Source of the DNA: Eledone cirrhosa
Lineage: Eukaryota
Length of the DNA: 64,000 nucleotides
Assembly: GCA_964016885.1 (NCBI GenBank)
Contig: OZ024741.1
Location: 415,710,001-415,774,000, forward strand
Reading direction: 5' to 3'
This document shows positions 1 to 13,900 of the stretch, piece after piece (position 1 is the first letter of the stretch; each line of letters starts with the position of its first letter). A program made the translations under genes and the position numbers. The notes under the pieces were generated by a model, which saw nothing but the letters and a program-made list of their open reading frames with translations, ran no database searches and was not told the DNA's origin.

Positions 1-3000
1 TATGTTATATTAACTGGGGTGTCTGTAATATTAACTGGGGTCTCTATTATATTAACTGGGGTCTCTGTTATATTAACTGGGGCCTCTGTTATATTAACTG
101 GGGTCTCTGTTATATTAACTGGGGCCTCTGTTATATTAACTGGGGCCTCTGTTATATTAACTGGAGCCTCCGTTATATTAACTGGGGTCTCTGTTATATT
201 AACTGGGGTCTCTGTTATCTTAAATGGGGTTTCTGTTATATTAACTGGGGTCTCTGTTATATTAACTGGTGCCTCTGTTATATTAACTGGGGTCTCTGTT
301 ATATTAACTGGGGCCTCTGTTATATTAACTGGGGTCTCTATTATATTAACTGGGGTCTCTGTTATATTAACTGGGGTCTCTGTTACATTAAATGGGGTCT
401 CTGTTATATTAACTGGGGCCTCTGTTATATTAACTGGGGTCTCTGTTATATTAACTGGGGCCTCTGTTATATTAACTGGGCTCTCTGTTTTATTTACTGG
501 GGTCTCTGTTATATTAACTGAGGTCTCTGTTATGTTAACTGGGGTCTCTGTTATATTAACTGAGGTCTCTGTTATATTAACTGGGGTCTCTATTATATTA
601 ACTGGGGTCTCTGTTATATTAACTGGGGTCTCTGTTATATTAACTGGGGTATGTTATATTAACTGGGGTCTCTGTTATATCAACTGGGTTCTCTGTTATA
701 TTAACTGGGGTATGTTATATTAACTGGGGTCTCTGTTATATTAACTGGGGTCTCTGTTATATTAACTGGGGTATGTTATATTAACTGGGGTCTCTGTAAT
801 ATTAACTGGGTCCTCTGTTATATTAACTGGGTCCTCTGTTATATTAAATGGGGTCTCTGTTATATTAGCTGGGGCCTCTGTTATATTAACTGGGGTCTCT
901 GTTACATTAAATGGGGTCTCTGTATATTAACTTGGGCCTCTGTAATATTAACTGGGTTCTGTTATATTAACTGGGGTCTCTGTTATATTAACTGGGGTCT
1001 CTGTTATATTAACTGGGGTCTCTATTATATTAACTAGGGTCTCTGTTATATTAACTGGGGCATCTGTAATATTAACTGGGGTATGTTATATTAACTGGGG
1101 TCTCTGTTATATTAACTGAGGTCTCTGTTATATTAACTGGGGTCTCTGTTATATTAACTGGGGACTCTGTTATATTAACTGGGGTCTCGGTTATATTAAC
1201 TGGGGCCTCTATTATATTAACTTAGGTCACTGTTATATTAACTGGGGTCTCTGTTATATTAACTGGGGTCTCTGTTATATTAACTGGGGTCTTTGTTATA
1301 TTAACTGGGGTCTCTGTTATATTAACTGGGGTATGTTATATTAACTGGGGTCTCTGTTATATTAACTTGGGTCTCTGTTATGTTAACTGGGGTCTCTGTT
1401 ATATTAACTGGGGCCTCTGTTAAATTAACTGGGGCTCTGTTATATTAACTGGGGCCTCTGTTATATTAAATGGGGTCTCTGTTATATTAACTGGCGCCTC
1501 TGTTATATTAACTGGGGCATCTGTTATATTAACTGGGGTATGTTATATTAACTGGGGTCTCTGTAATATTAATTGGGGGCTCTATTATATGAACTGGGGT
1601 CTCTGTTATATTAACTGGGATCTCTGTTAAATTAACTGGGGTATGTTATATTAACTGGGGTCGCGGTTATATTAACTGGGGCCTCTATTATATTGACTTA
1701 GGTCTCTGTTATATTAACTGGGGTCTCTGTTATATTAACTGTGGCCTCTGTTTTATTAACTAGGGCCTCTATTATATTAACTGGGGTCTCTATTATATTA
1801 ACTGGGATCTCTGTTATATTAACTGGGGTCTCTGTTACATTAAATGGTGTCTCTGTTATATTAACTGGGGCCTCTGTTATATTAACTGGGGTCTCTGTTA
1901 TATTAACTGGGGCCTCTGTTATATTAACTGGGCTCTCTGTTTTATTTACTGGGGTCTCTGTTATATTAACTGAGGTCTCTGTTATGTTAACTGGGGTCTC
2001 TGTTATATTAACTGAGGTCTCTGTTATATTAACTGGGGTCTCTATTATATTAACTGGGGTCTCTGTTATATTAACTGGAGTCTCTGTTATATTAACTGGG
2101 GTATGTTATATTAACTGGGGTCTCTGTTATATCAACTGGGTTCTCTGTTATATTAACTGGGGTATGTTATATTAACTGGGGTCTCTGTTATATTAACTGG
2201 GGTCTCTGTTATATTAACTGGTGCCTCTGTTATATTAACTGGGGTCTCTGTTATATTAACTGGGGCCTCTGTTATATTAACTGGGGCCTCTGTTATATTA
2301 ACTGGGGTCTCTGTTATATTAACTGGGGTCTCTGTTATATTAACTGGGGTATGTTATATTAACTGGGGTCTCTGTAATATTAACTGGGGTCTCTATTATA
2401 TTAACTGGGGTCTCTGTTATATTAACTGGGGCCTCTGTTATATTAACTGGGGTCTCTGTTATATTAACTAGGGTCTCTGTTATATTAAATAGGGTCTCTG
2501 TTATATTAACTGGGGTCTCTGTTACATTAACTGGTGCCTCTGTTATATTAACTGGGGTCTCTGTTATATTAACTGGGGCCTCTGTTATATTAACTGGGAC
2601 CTCTGTTATATTAACTGGGGTCTCTGTTATATTAACTGGGGTCTCTGTTATATTAACTGGGGTATGTTATATTAACTGGGGTCTCTGTTATATTAACTGG
2701 GGCCTCTGTTATATTAACTGGGGCCTCTGTTATATTAACTGGGGCCTCTGTTATATTAAATGGGGTCTCTGATATATTAACTGGGGTCTCTGTTATATTA
2801 ACTGGGGCCTCTGTTATATTAACTGGGGCCTCTGTTATATTAACTGGGGCCTCTGTTATATTAAATGGGGTCTCTGTTATATTAACTGGCGCCTCTGTTA
2901 TATTAACTGAGGCCTCTGTTATATTAACAGGGGCCTCTGTTATATTAACTGGGGTCTCTGTTATATTAACTAGGGTCTCTGTTATATTAAATGGGGTCTC

Positions 3001-3544
3001 TGTTATATTAACTGGGGCCTCTGTTATATTAACTGGGGTCTCTTATATATTAAATGGGGTCTCTGTTATATTAACTGGGGTATGTTATATTAACTGGGGT
3101 CTCTGTAATATTAACTGGGGTCTCTATTATATTAACTGGGGTCTCTGTTATATTAACTGGGGCCTCTGTTATATTAACTGGGGCCTCTGTTATATTAACT
3201 GGGGTCTCTGTTATATTAACTGGGGTCTCTGTTATATTAACTGGTGCCTCTGTTATATTAACTGGGGTCTCTGTTATATTAACTGGGGCCTCTGTTATAT
3301 TAACTGGGGCCTCTGTTATAATAACTGGGGTCTCTCTTATATTAACTGGGGTCTCTGTTATATTAACTGGGGTATGTTATATTAACTGGGGTGTCTGTAA
3401 TATTAACTGGGGTCTCTATTATATTAACTGGGGTCTCTGTTATATTAACTGGGGCCTCTGTTATATTAACTGGGGTCTCTATTATATTAACTGGGGTCTC
3501 TGTTATATTAACTGGGGTCTCTGTTACATTAAATGGGGTCTCTG

Positions 3545-6500
3545 TTATATTAACTGGGGCCTCTGTTATATTAACTGGGGTCTCTGTTATATTAACTGGG
3601 GCCTCTGTTATATTAACTGGGCTCTCTGTTTTATTTACTGGGGTCTCTGTTATATTAACTGAGGTCTCTGTTATGTTAACTGGGGTCTCTGTTATATTAA
3701 CTGAGGTCTCTGTTATATTAACTGGGGTCTCTATTATATTAACTGGGGTCTCTGTTATATTAACTGGGGTCTCTGTTATATTAACTGGGGTATGTTATAT
3801 TAACTGGGGTCTCTGTTATATCAACTGGGTTCTCTGTTATATTAACTGGGGTATGTTATATTAACTGGGGTCTCTGTTATATTAACTGGGGTCTCTGTTA
3901 TATTAACTGGGGTATGTTATATTAACTGGGGTCTCTGTAATATTAACTGGGTCCTCTGTTATATTAACTGGGTCCTCTGTTATATTAAATGGGGTCTCTG
4001 TTATATTAGCTGGGGCCTCTGTTATATTAACTGGGGTCTCTGTTACATTAAATGGGGTCTCTGTATATTAACTGGGGCCTCTGTAATATTAACTGGGTTC
4101 TGTTATATTAACTGGGGTCTCTGTTATATTAACTGGGGTCTCTGTTATATTAACTGGGGTCTCTATTATATTAACTAGGGTCTCTGTTATATTAACTGGG
4201 GCATCTGTAATATTAACTGGGGTATGTTATATTAACTGGGGTCTCTGTTATATTAACTGAGGTCTCTGTTATATTAACTGGGGTCTCTGTTATATTAACT
4301 GGGGACTCTGTTATATTAACTGGGGTCTCGGTTATATTAACTGGGGCCTCTATTATATTAACTTAGGTCACTGTTATATTAACTGGGGTCTCTGTTATAT
4401 TAACTGGGGTCTCTGTTATATTAACTGGGGTCTCTGTTATATTAACTGGGGTCTATGTTATATTAACTGGGGTATGTTATATTAACTGGGGTCTCTGTTA
4501 TATTAACTTGGGTCTCTGTTATGTTAACTGGGGTCTCTGTTATATTAACTGGGGCCTCTGTTAAATTAACTGGGGCTCTGTTATATTAACTGGGGCCTCT
4601 GTTATATTAAATGGGGTCTCTGTTATATTAACTGGCGCCTCTGTTATATTAACTGGGGCATCTGTTATATTAACTGGGGTATGTTATATTAACTGGGGTC
4701 TCTGTAATATTAATTGGGGGCTCTATTATACTAACTGGGGTCTCTGTTATATTAACTGGGATCTCTGTTAAATTAACTGGGGTATGTTATATTAACTGGG
4801 GTCGCGGTTATATTAACTGGGGCCTCTATTATATTGACTTAGGTCTCTGTTATATTAACTGGGGTCTCTGTTATATTAACTGGGGTCTCTGTTATATTAA
4901 CTGGGGTATGTTATATTAACTGGGGTCTCTGTTATATTGACTGGGGTACGTTATATTAACTGGGGTCACTGTAATATTAACTGGGGTCTCTATTATATTA
5001 ACTGGGGTCTCTGTTATATTAACTGGGATCTCTGTTATATTAACTGGGGTATGTTATATTAACTGGGGTCTCTGTTATATTAACTGGGGCCTCTGTTATA
5101 TTAACTGGGGTCTCTCTTATATTAACTAGGGTCTCTGTTATATTAAATGGTGTCTCTGTTATATTAACTGGGGTCTCTGTTATATTAACTGGTGCCTCTG
5201 TTATATTAACTGGGGTCTCTGTTATATTAACTGGGGCCTCTGTTATATTAACTGGGGCCTCTGTTATATTAACTGGGGTCTCTGTTATATTAACTGGGGT
5301 CTCTGTTATATTAACTGGGATATGTTATATTAACTGGGGTCCCTGTCATATTAACTGGGGTCTCTATTATATTAACTGGGGTCTGTGTTATATTAACTGG
5401 GGTATGTTATATTAACTGGGGTCTCTGTTATATTAACTGGGGCCTCTGTTATATTAACTGGGGCCTCTGTTATATTAACTGGGGCCTCTGTTATATTAAA
5501 TGGGGTCTCTGATATATTAACTGGGGTCTCTGTTATATTAAATGGGGCCTCTGATATATTAACTGGGGTCTCTGTTATATTAACTGGGGCCTCTGTTATA
5601 TTAACTGGGGCCTCTGTTATATTAACTGGGGCCTCTGTTATATTAAATGGGGTCTCTGATATATTAACTGGAGTCTCTGTTATATTAAATTGGGTCTCTG
5701 ATATATTAACTGGGGTCTCTGTTATATTAACTGGGGTCTCTGATATATTAACTGGGGTCTCTGTTATATTAAATGGGGTCTCTGATATATTAACTGGGGT
5801 CTCTGTTATATTAACTAGGGTCTCTGTTATATTAACTGGGGCCTCTGTTATATTAAATGGGGTCTCTGTTATATTAACTGGCGCCTCTGTTATATTAACT
5901 GGGGCCTCTGTTATATTAACTGGGGCCTCTGTTATATTAACTGGGGTCTCTGTTATATTAACTAGGGTCTCTGTTATGTTAAATGGGGTCTCTGTTATAT
6001 TAACTGGGGCCTCTGTTATATTAACTGGGGCCTCTGTTATATTAACTGGGGCCTCTGTTATATTAACTGGGGGCTCTGTTATATTAACTAGGGTCTCTGT
6101 TATATTAACTGGGGTCTCTGTTATATTAAATGGGGTCTCTGTTATATTAAATGGGGTCTCTGTTATATTAACTGGCGCCTCTGTGATATTAACTGGGGCC
6201 TCTGTTATATTAACTGGGGCCTCTGTTATATTAACTGGGGTCTCTGTTATATTAACTAGGGTCTCTGTTATATTAACTGGGGCCTCTGTTATATTAAATG
6301 GGGTCTCTGTTATATTAACTGGCGCCTCTGTTATATTAACTGGGGCCTCTGTTATATTAACTGGGGCCTCTGTTATATTAACTGGGGTCTCTGTTATATT
6401 AACTAGGGTCTCTGTTATGTTAAATGGGGTCTCTGTTATATTAACTGGGGCCTCTGTTATATTAACTGGGGCCTCTGTTATATTAACTGGGGTCTCTGTT

Positions 6501-9500
6501 ATATTAACTGGGGTCTCTGTTATATTAACTGGGGCCTCTGTTATATTAGCTGGGGCCTCTGTTATATCAACTGGGGTCTCTGTTACATTAAATGGGGTCT
6601 CTGTTATATTAACTGGGGCCTCTGTTATATTAACTGGGCCCTCTGTTATATTAACTGGGGCCTCTGTTATATTAACTGGGGTCTCTGTTATATTAACTGG
6701 GGTATGTTATATTAACTGCGGCCTCTGTTATATTAACTGGGGCCTCTATTATAGTAACTGGGGTCTCTGTTATATTAACTGGGGTCTCTGTTATATTAAC
6801 TGGGGTCTCTATCATATTAACTGGGGTCTCTGTTATATTAACAGGGGTCTCTGTTATATTAACTGGGGTCTCTGTTATATTAACTGGGGTCTCTATTATA
6901 TTAAATGGCGTCTATGTTATTTTAACTGGGGCCTCTGTTATATTAACTGGGGCCTCTGTTATATTAACTGGGGTCTCTGTTATATTAACTGGGGTCTCTG
7001 TTATATTAACTGGGGTCTCTGTTATATTAACTGGGGTCTCTGTTATATTAACTGGGGTATGTTATATTAACTGGGGTCTCTGTTATATTAACTGGGGTCT
7101 CTGTTATATTAACTGGGGTCTCTGTTATATTAACTGGGGCCTCTGTTATATTAACTGGGGCCTCTGTTATATTAACTGGGGTCTCTGTTATATTAACTGG
7201 GGTCTCTGTTATATTAACTGGGGTATGTTATATTAACTGGGGTCTCTATTATATTAACTGGGGTCTCTGTTATATTAACTGGGGCCTCTGTTATATTAAC
7301 TGGGGCCTCTATCATATTAACTGGGGTCTCTGTTATATTAACAGGGGTCTCTGTTATATTAACTGGGGTATGTTATATTAACTGGGGTCTCTATTATATT
7401 AACTGGGGTCTCTGTTATATTAACTGGGGCCTCTGTTATATTAACTGGGGTCTCTGTTATATTAACTGGGGCCTCTGTTATATTAACTGGGCTCTCTGTT
7501 TTATTTACTGGGGTCTCTGTTATATTAACTGAGGTCTCTGTTATGTTAACTGGGGTCTCTGTTATATTAACTGAGGTCTCTGTTATATTAACTGGGGTCT
7601 CTATTATATTAACTGGGGTCTCTGTTATATTAACTGGGGTCTCTGTTATATTAACTGGGGTATGTTATATTAACTGGGGTCTCTGTTATATCAACTGGGT
7701 TCTCTGTTATATTAACTGGGGTATGTTATATTAACTGGGGTCTCTGTTATATTAACTGGGGTCTCTGTTATATTAACTGGGGTATGTTATATTAACTGGG
7801 GTCTCTGTAATATTAACTGGGTCCTCTGTTATATTAACTGGGTCCTCTGTTATATTAAATGGGGTCTGTGTTATATTAGCTGGGGCCTCTGTTATATTAA
7901 CTGGGGTCTCTGTTACATTAAATGGGGTCTCTGTATATTAACTGGGGTCTCTGTAATATTAACTGGGTTCTGTTATATTAACTGGGGTCTCTGTTATATT
8001 AACTGGGGTCTCTGTTATATTAACTGGGGTCTCTATTATATTAACTAGGGTCTCTGTTATATTAACTGGGGCATCTGTAATATTAACTGGGGTATGTTAT
8101 ATTAACTGGGGTCTCTGTTATATTAACTGAGGTCTCTGTTATATTAACTGGGGTCTCTGTTATATTAACTGGGGACTCTGTTATATTAACTGGGGTCTCG
8201 GTTATATTAACTGGGGCCTCTATTATATTAACTTAGGTCACTGTTATATTAACTGGGGTCTCTGTTATATTAACTGGGGTCTCTGTTATATTAACTGGGG
8301 TCTCTGTTATATTAACTGGGGTCTATGTTATATTAACTGGGGTATGTTATATTAACTGGGGTCTCTGTTATATTAACTTGGGTCTCTGTTATGTTAACAG
8401 GGGTCTCTGTTATATTAACTGGGGCCTCTGTTAAATTAACTGGGGCTCTGTTATATTAACTGGGGCCTCTGTTATATTAAATGGGGTCTCTGTTATATTA
8501 ACTGGCGCCTCTGTTATATTAACTGGGGCATCTGTTATATTAACTGGGGTATGTTATATTAACTGGGGTCACTGTAATATTAATTGGGGGCTCTATTATA
8601 TTAACTGGGGTCTCTGTTATATTAACTGGGATCTCTGTTAAATTAACTGGGGTATGTTATATTAACTGGGGTCGCGGTTATATTAACTGGGGCCTCTATT
8701 ATATTGACTTAGGTCTCTGTTATATTAACTGGGGTCTCTGTTATATTAACTGGGGTCTCTGTTATATTAACTGGGGTATGTTATATTAACTGGGGTCTCT
8801 GTTATATTGACTGGGGTACGTTATATTAACTGGGGTCACTGTAATATTAACTGGGGTCTCTATTATATTAACTGGGGTCTCTGTTATATTAACTGGGATC
8901 TCTGTTATATTAACTGGGGTATGTTATATTAACTGGGGTCTCTGTTATATTAACTGGGGCCTCTGTTATATTAACTGGGGTCTCTCTTATATTAACTAGG
9001 GTCTCTGTTATATTAAATGGTGTCTCTGTTATATTAACTGGGGTCTCTGTTATATTAACTGGTGCCTCTGTTATATTAACTGGGGTCTCTGTTATATTAA
9101 CTGGGGCCTCTGTTATATTAACTGGGGCCTCTGTTATATTAACTGGGGTCTCTGTTATATTAACTGGGGTCTCTGTTATATTAACTGGGATATGTTATAT
9201 TAACTGGGGTCCCTGTCATATTAACTGGGGTCTCTATTATATTAACTAGGGTCTGTGTTATATTAACTGGGGTATGTTATATTAACTGGGGTCTCTGTTA
9301 TATTAACTGGGGCCTCTGTTATATTAACTGGGGCCTCTGTTATATTAACTGGGGCCTCTGTTATATTAAATGGGGTCTCTGATATATTAACTGGGGTCTC
9401 TGTTATATTAAATGGGGCCTCTGATATATTAACTGGGGTCTCTGTTATATTAACTGGGGCCTCTGTTATATTAACTGGGGCCTCTGTTATATTAACTGGG

Positions 9501-10990
9501 GCCTCTGTTATATTAAATGGGGTCTCTGATATATTAACTGGAGTCTCTGTTATATTAAATGGGGTCTCTGATATATTAACTGGGGTCTCTGTTATATTAA
9601 CTGGGGTCTCTGATATATTAACTGGGGTCTCTGTTATATTAAATGGGGTCTCTGATATATTAACTGGGGTCTCTGTTATATTAACTAGGGTCTCTGTTAT
9701 ATTAACTGGGGCCTCTGTTATATTATATGGGGTCTCTGTTATATTAACTGGCGCCTCTGTTATATTAACTGGGGCCTCTGTTATATTAACTGGGGCCTCT
9801 GTTATATTAACTGGGGTCTCTGTTATATTAACTAGGGTCTCTGTTATGTTAAATGGGGTCTCTGTTATATTAACTGGGGCCTCTGTTATATTAACTGGGG
9901 CCTCTGTTATATTAACTGGGGCCTCTGTTATATTAACTGGGGGCTCTGTTATATTAACTAGGGTCTCTGTTATATTAACTGGGGCCTCTGTTATATTAAA
10001 TGGGGTCTCTGTTATATTAAATGGGGTCTCTGTTATATTAACTGGCGCCTCTGTGATATTAACTGGGGCCTCTGTTATATTAACTGGGGCCTCTGTTATA
10101 TTAACTGGGGTCTCTGTTATATTAACTAGGGTCTCTGTTATATTAACTGGGGCCTCTGTTATATTAAATGGGGTCTCTGTTATATTAACTGGCGCCTCTG
10201 TTATATTAACTGGGGCCTCTGTTATATTAACTGGGGCCTCTGTTATATTAACTGGGGTCTCTGTTATATTAACTAGGGTCTCTGTTATGTTAAATGGGGT
10301 CTCTGTTATATTAACTGGGGCCTCTGTTATATTAACTGGGGCCTCTGTTATATTAACTGGGGTCTCTGTTATATTAACTGGGGTCTCTGTTATAATAACT
10401 GGGGCCTCTGTTATATTAGCTGGGGCCTCTGTTATATCAACTGGGGTCTCTGTTACATTAAATGGGGTCTCTGTTATATTAACTGGGGCCTCTGTTATAT
10501 TAACTGGGCCCTCTGTTATATTAACTGGGGCCTCTGTTATATTAACTGGGTCTCTGTTATATTAACTGGGGTATGTTATATTAACTGCGGCCTCTGTTAT
10601 ATTAACTGGGGCCTCTATTATAGTAACTGGGGTCTCTGTTATATTAACTGGGGTCTCTGTTATATTAACTGGGGTCTCTATCATATTAACTGGGGTCTCT
10701 GTTATATTAACAGGGGTCTCTGTTATATTAACTGGGGTCTCTGTTATATTAACTGGGGTCTCTATTATATTAAATGGCGTCTATGTTATTTTAACTGGGG
10801 CCTCTGTTATATTAACTGGGGCCTCTGTTATATTAACTGGGGTCTCTGTTATATTAACTGGGGTCTCTGTTATATTAACTGGGGTCTCTGTTATATTAAC
10901 TGGGGTCTCTGTTATATTAACTGGGGTATGTTATATTAACTGGGGTCTCTGTTATATTAACTGGGGTCTCTGTTATATTAACTGGGGTCT
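3545..10990. repeat. Near-identical HOR pair, offset 3,870 bp (about 3545-7120 and 7415-10990)
   Basis: Markers 3673/7543, 4802/8672 and 5976/9846 all differ by 3870, and the two copies share private variants GTCTATG (4451/8321) and GGAGTCTC (about 5670/9540). Confidence 0.85.
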
Positions 10991-13900
10991 CTGTTATATT
11001 AACTGGGGTATGTTATATTAACTGGGGTCTCTGTTATATTAACTGTGGCCTCTGTTTTATTAACTAGGGCCTCTATTATATTAACTGGGGTCTCTATTAT
11101 ATTAACTGGGATCTCTGTTATATTAACTGGGGTCTCTGTTACATTAAATGGGGTCTCTGTTATATTAACTGGGGCCTCTGTTATATTAACTGGGGTCTCT
11201 GTTATATTAACTGGGGCCTCTGTTATATTAACTGGGCTCTCTGTTTTATTTACTGGGGTCTCTGTTATATTAACTGAGGTCTCTGTTATGTTAACTGGGG
11301 TCTCTGTTATATTAACTGAGGTCTCTGTTATATTAACTGGGGTCTCTATTATATTAACTGGGGTCTCTGTTATATTAACTGGGGTCTCTGTTATATTAAC
11401 TGGGGTATGTTATATTAACTGGGGTCTCTGTTATATCAACTGGGTTCTCTGTTATATTAACTGGGGTATGTTATATTAACTGGGGTCTCTGTTATATTAA
11501 CTGGGGTCTCTGTTATATTAACTGGGGTATGTTATATTAACTGGGGTCTCTGTAATATTAACTGGGTCCTCTGTTATATTAACTGGGTCCTCTGTTATAT
11601 TAAATGGGGTCTCTGTTATATTAGCTGGGGCCTCTGTTATATTAACTGGGGTCTCTGTTACATTAAATGGGGTCTCTGTATATTAACTTGGGCCTCTGTA
11701 ATATTAACTGGGTTCTGTTATATTAACTGGGGTCTCTGTTATATTAACTGGGGTCTCTGTTATATTAACTGGGGTCTCTATTATATTAACTAGGGTCTCT
11801 GTTATATTAACTGGGGCATCTGTAATATTAACTGGGGTATGTTATATTTACTGGGGTCTCTGTTATATTAACTGAGGTCTCTGTTATATTAACTGGGGTC
11901 TCTGTTATATTAACTGGGGACTCTGTTATATTAACTGGGGTCTCGGTTATATTAACTGGGGCCTCTATTATATTAACTTAGGTCACTGTTATATTAACTG
12001 GGGTCTCTGTTATATTAACTGGGGTCTCTGTTATATTAACTGTGGTCTCTGTTATATTAAGTGGGGTCTCTGTTATATTAACTGGGGTATGTTATATTAA
12101 CTGGGGTCTCTGTTATATTAACTTGGGTCTCTGTTATGTTAACTGGGGTCTCTGTTATATTAACTGGAGCCTCTGTTAAATTAACTGGGGCTCTGTTATA
12201 TTAACTGGGGCCTCTGTTATATTAAATGGGGTCTCTGTTATATTAACTGGCGCCTCTGTTATATTAACTGGGGCATCTGTTATATTAACTGGGGTATTTT
12301 ATATTAACTGGGGTCTCTGTAATATTAATTGGGGGCTCTATTATTTGAACTGGGGTCTCTGTTATATTAACTGGGATCTCTGTTAAATTAACTGGGGTAT
12401 GTTATATTAACTGGGGTCGCGGTTATATTAACTGGGGCCTCTATTATATTGACTTAGGTCTCTGTTATATTAACTGGGGTCTCTGTTATATTAACTGGGG
12501 TCTCTGTTATATTAACTGGGGTATGTTATATTAACTGGGGTCTCTGTTATATTGACTGGGGTACGTTATATTAACTGGGGTCACTGTAATATTAACTGGG
12601 GTCTCTATTATATTAACTGGGGTCTCTGTTATATTAACTGGGATCTCTGTTATATTAACTGGGGTATGTTATATTAACTGGGGTCTCTGTTATATTAACT
12701 GGGGCCTCTGTTATATTAACTGGGGTCTCTCTTATATTAACTAGGGTCTCTGTTATATTAAATGGTGTCTCTGTTATATTAACTGGGGTCTCTGTTATAT
12801 TAACTGGTGCCTCTGTTATATTAACTGGGGTCTCTGTTATATTAACTGGGGCCTCTGTTATATTAACTGGGGCCTCTGTTATATTAACTGGGGTCTCTGT
12901 TATATTAACTGGGGTCTCTGTTATATTAACTGGGATATGTTATATTAACTGGGGTCCCTGTCATATTAACTGGGGTCTCTATTATATTAACTGGGGTCTG
13001 TGTTATATTAACTGGGGTATGTTATATTAACTGGGGTCTCTGTTATATTAACTGGGGCCTCTGTTATATTAACTGGGGCCTCTGTTATATTAACTGGGGC
13101 CTCTGTTATATTAAATGGGGTCTCTGATATATTAACTGGGGTCTCTGTTATATTAAATGGGGCCTCTGATATATTAACTGGGGTCTCTGTTATATTAACT
13201 GGGGCCTCTGTTATATTAACTGGGGCCTCTGTTATATTAACTGGGGCCTCTGTTATATTAAATGGGGTCTCTGATATATTAACTGGGGTCTCTGTTATAT
13301 TAAATGGGGTCTCTGATATATTAACTGGGGTCTCTGTTATATTAACTGGGGTCTCTGATATATTAACTGGGGTCTCTGTTATATTAAATGGGGTCTCTGA
13401 TATATTAACTGGGGTCTCTGTTATATTAACTAGGGTCTCTGTTATATTAACTGGGGCCTCTGTTATATTAAATGGGGTCTCAGTTATATTAACTGGCGCC
13501 TCTGTTATATTAACTGGGGCCTCTGTTATATTAACTGGGGCCTCTGTTATATTAACTGGGCTCTCTGTTATATTAACTAGGGTCTCTGTTATGTTAAATG
13601 GGGTCTCTGTTATATTAACTGGGGCCTCTGTTATATTAACTGGGGCCTCTGTTATATTAACCGGGGCCTCTGTTATATTAACTGGGGGCTCTGTTATATT
13701 AACTAGGGTCTCTGTTATATTAACTGGGGCCTCTGTTATATTAAATGGGGTCTCTGTTATATTAAATGGGGTCTCTGTTATATTAACTGGCGCCTCTGTG
13801 ATATTAACTGGGGCCTCTGTTATATTAACTGGGGCCTCTGTTATATTAACTGGGGTCTCTGTTATATTAACTAGGGTCTCTGTTATATTAACTGGGGCCT

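Noticed and set aside
921-959. Adjacent 20-bp and 19-bp units (net -3 bp) suggesting compensating frameshifts; also at about 4062, 7932, 11677, 23957, 24786, 46326 and 56435
   Set aside because: All copies descend from one event, many uncompensated 19-mers surround them, and the minus frame still hits a stop.
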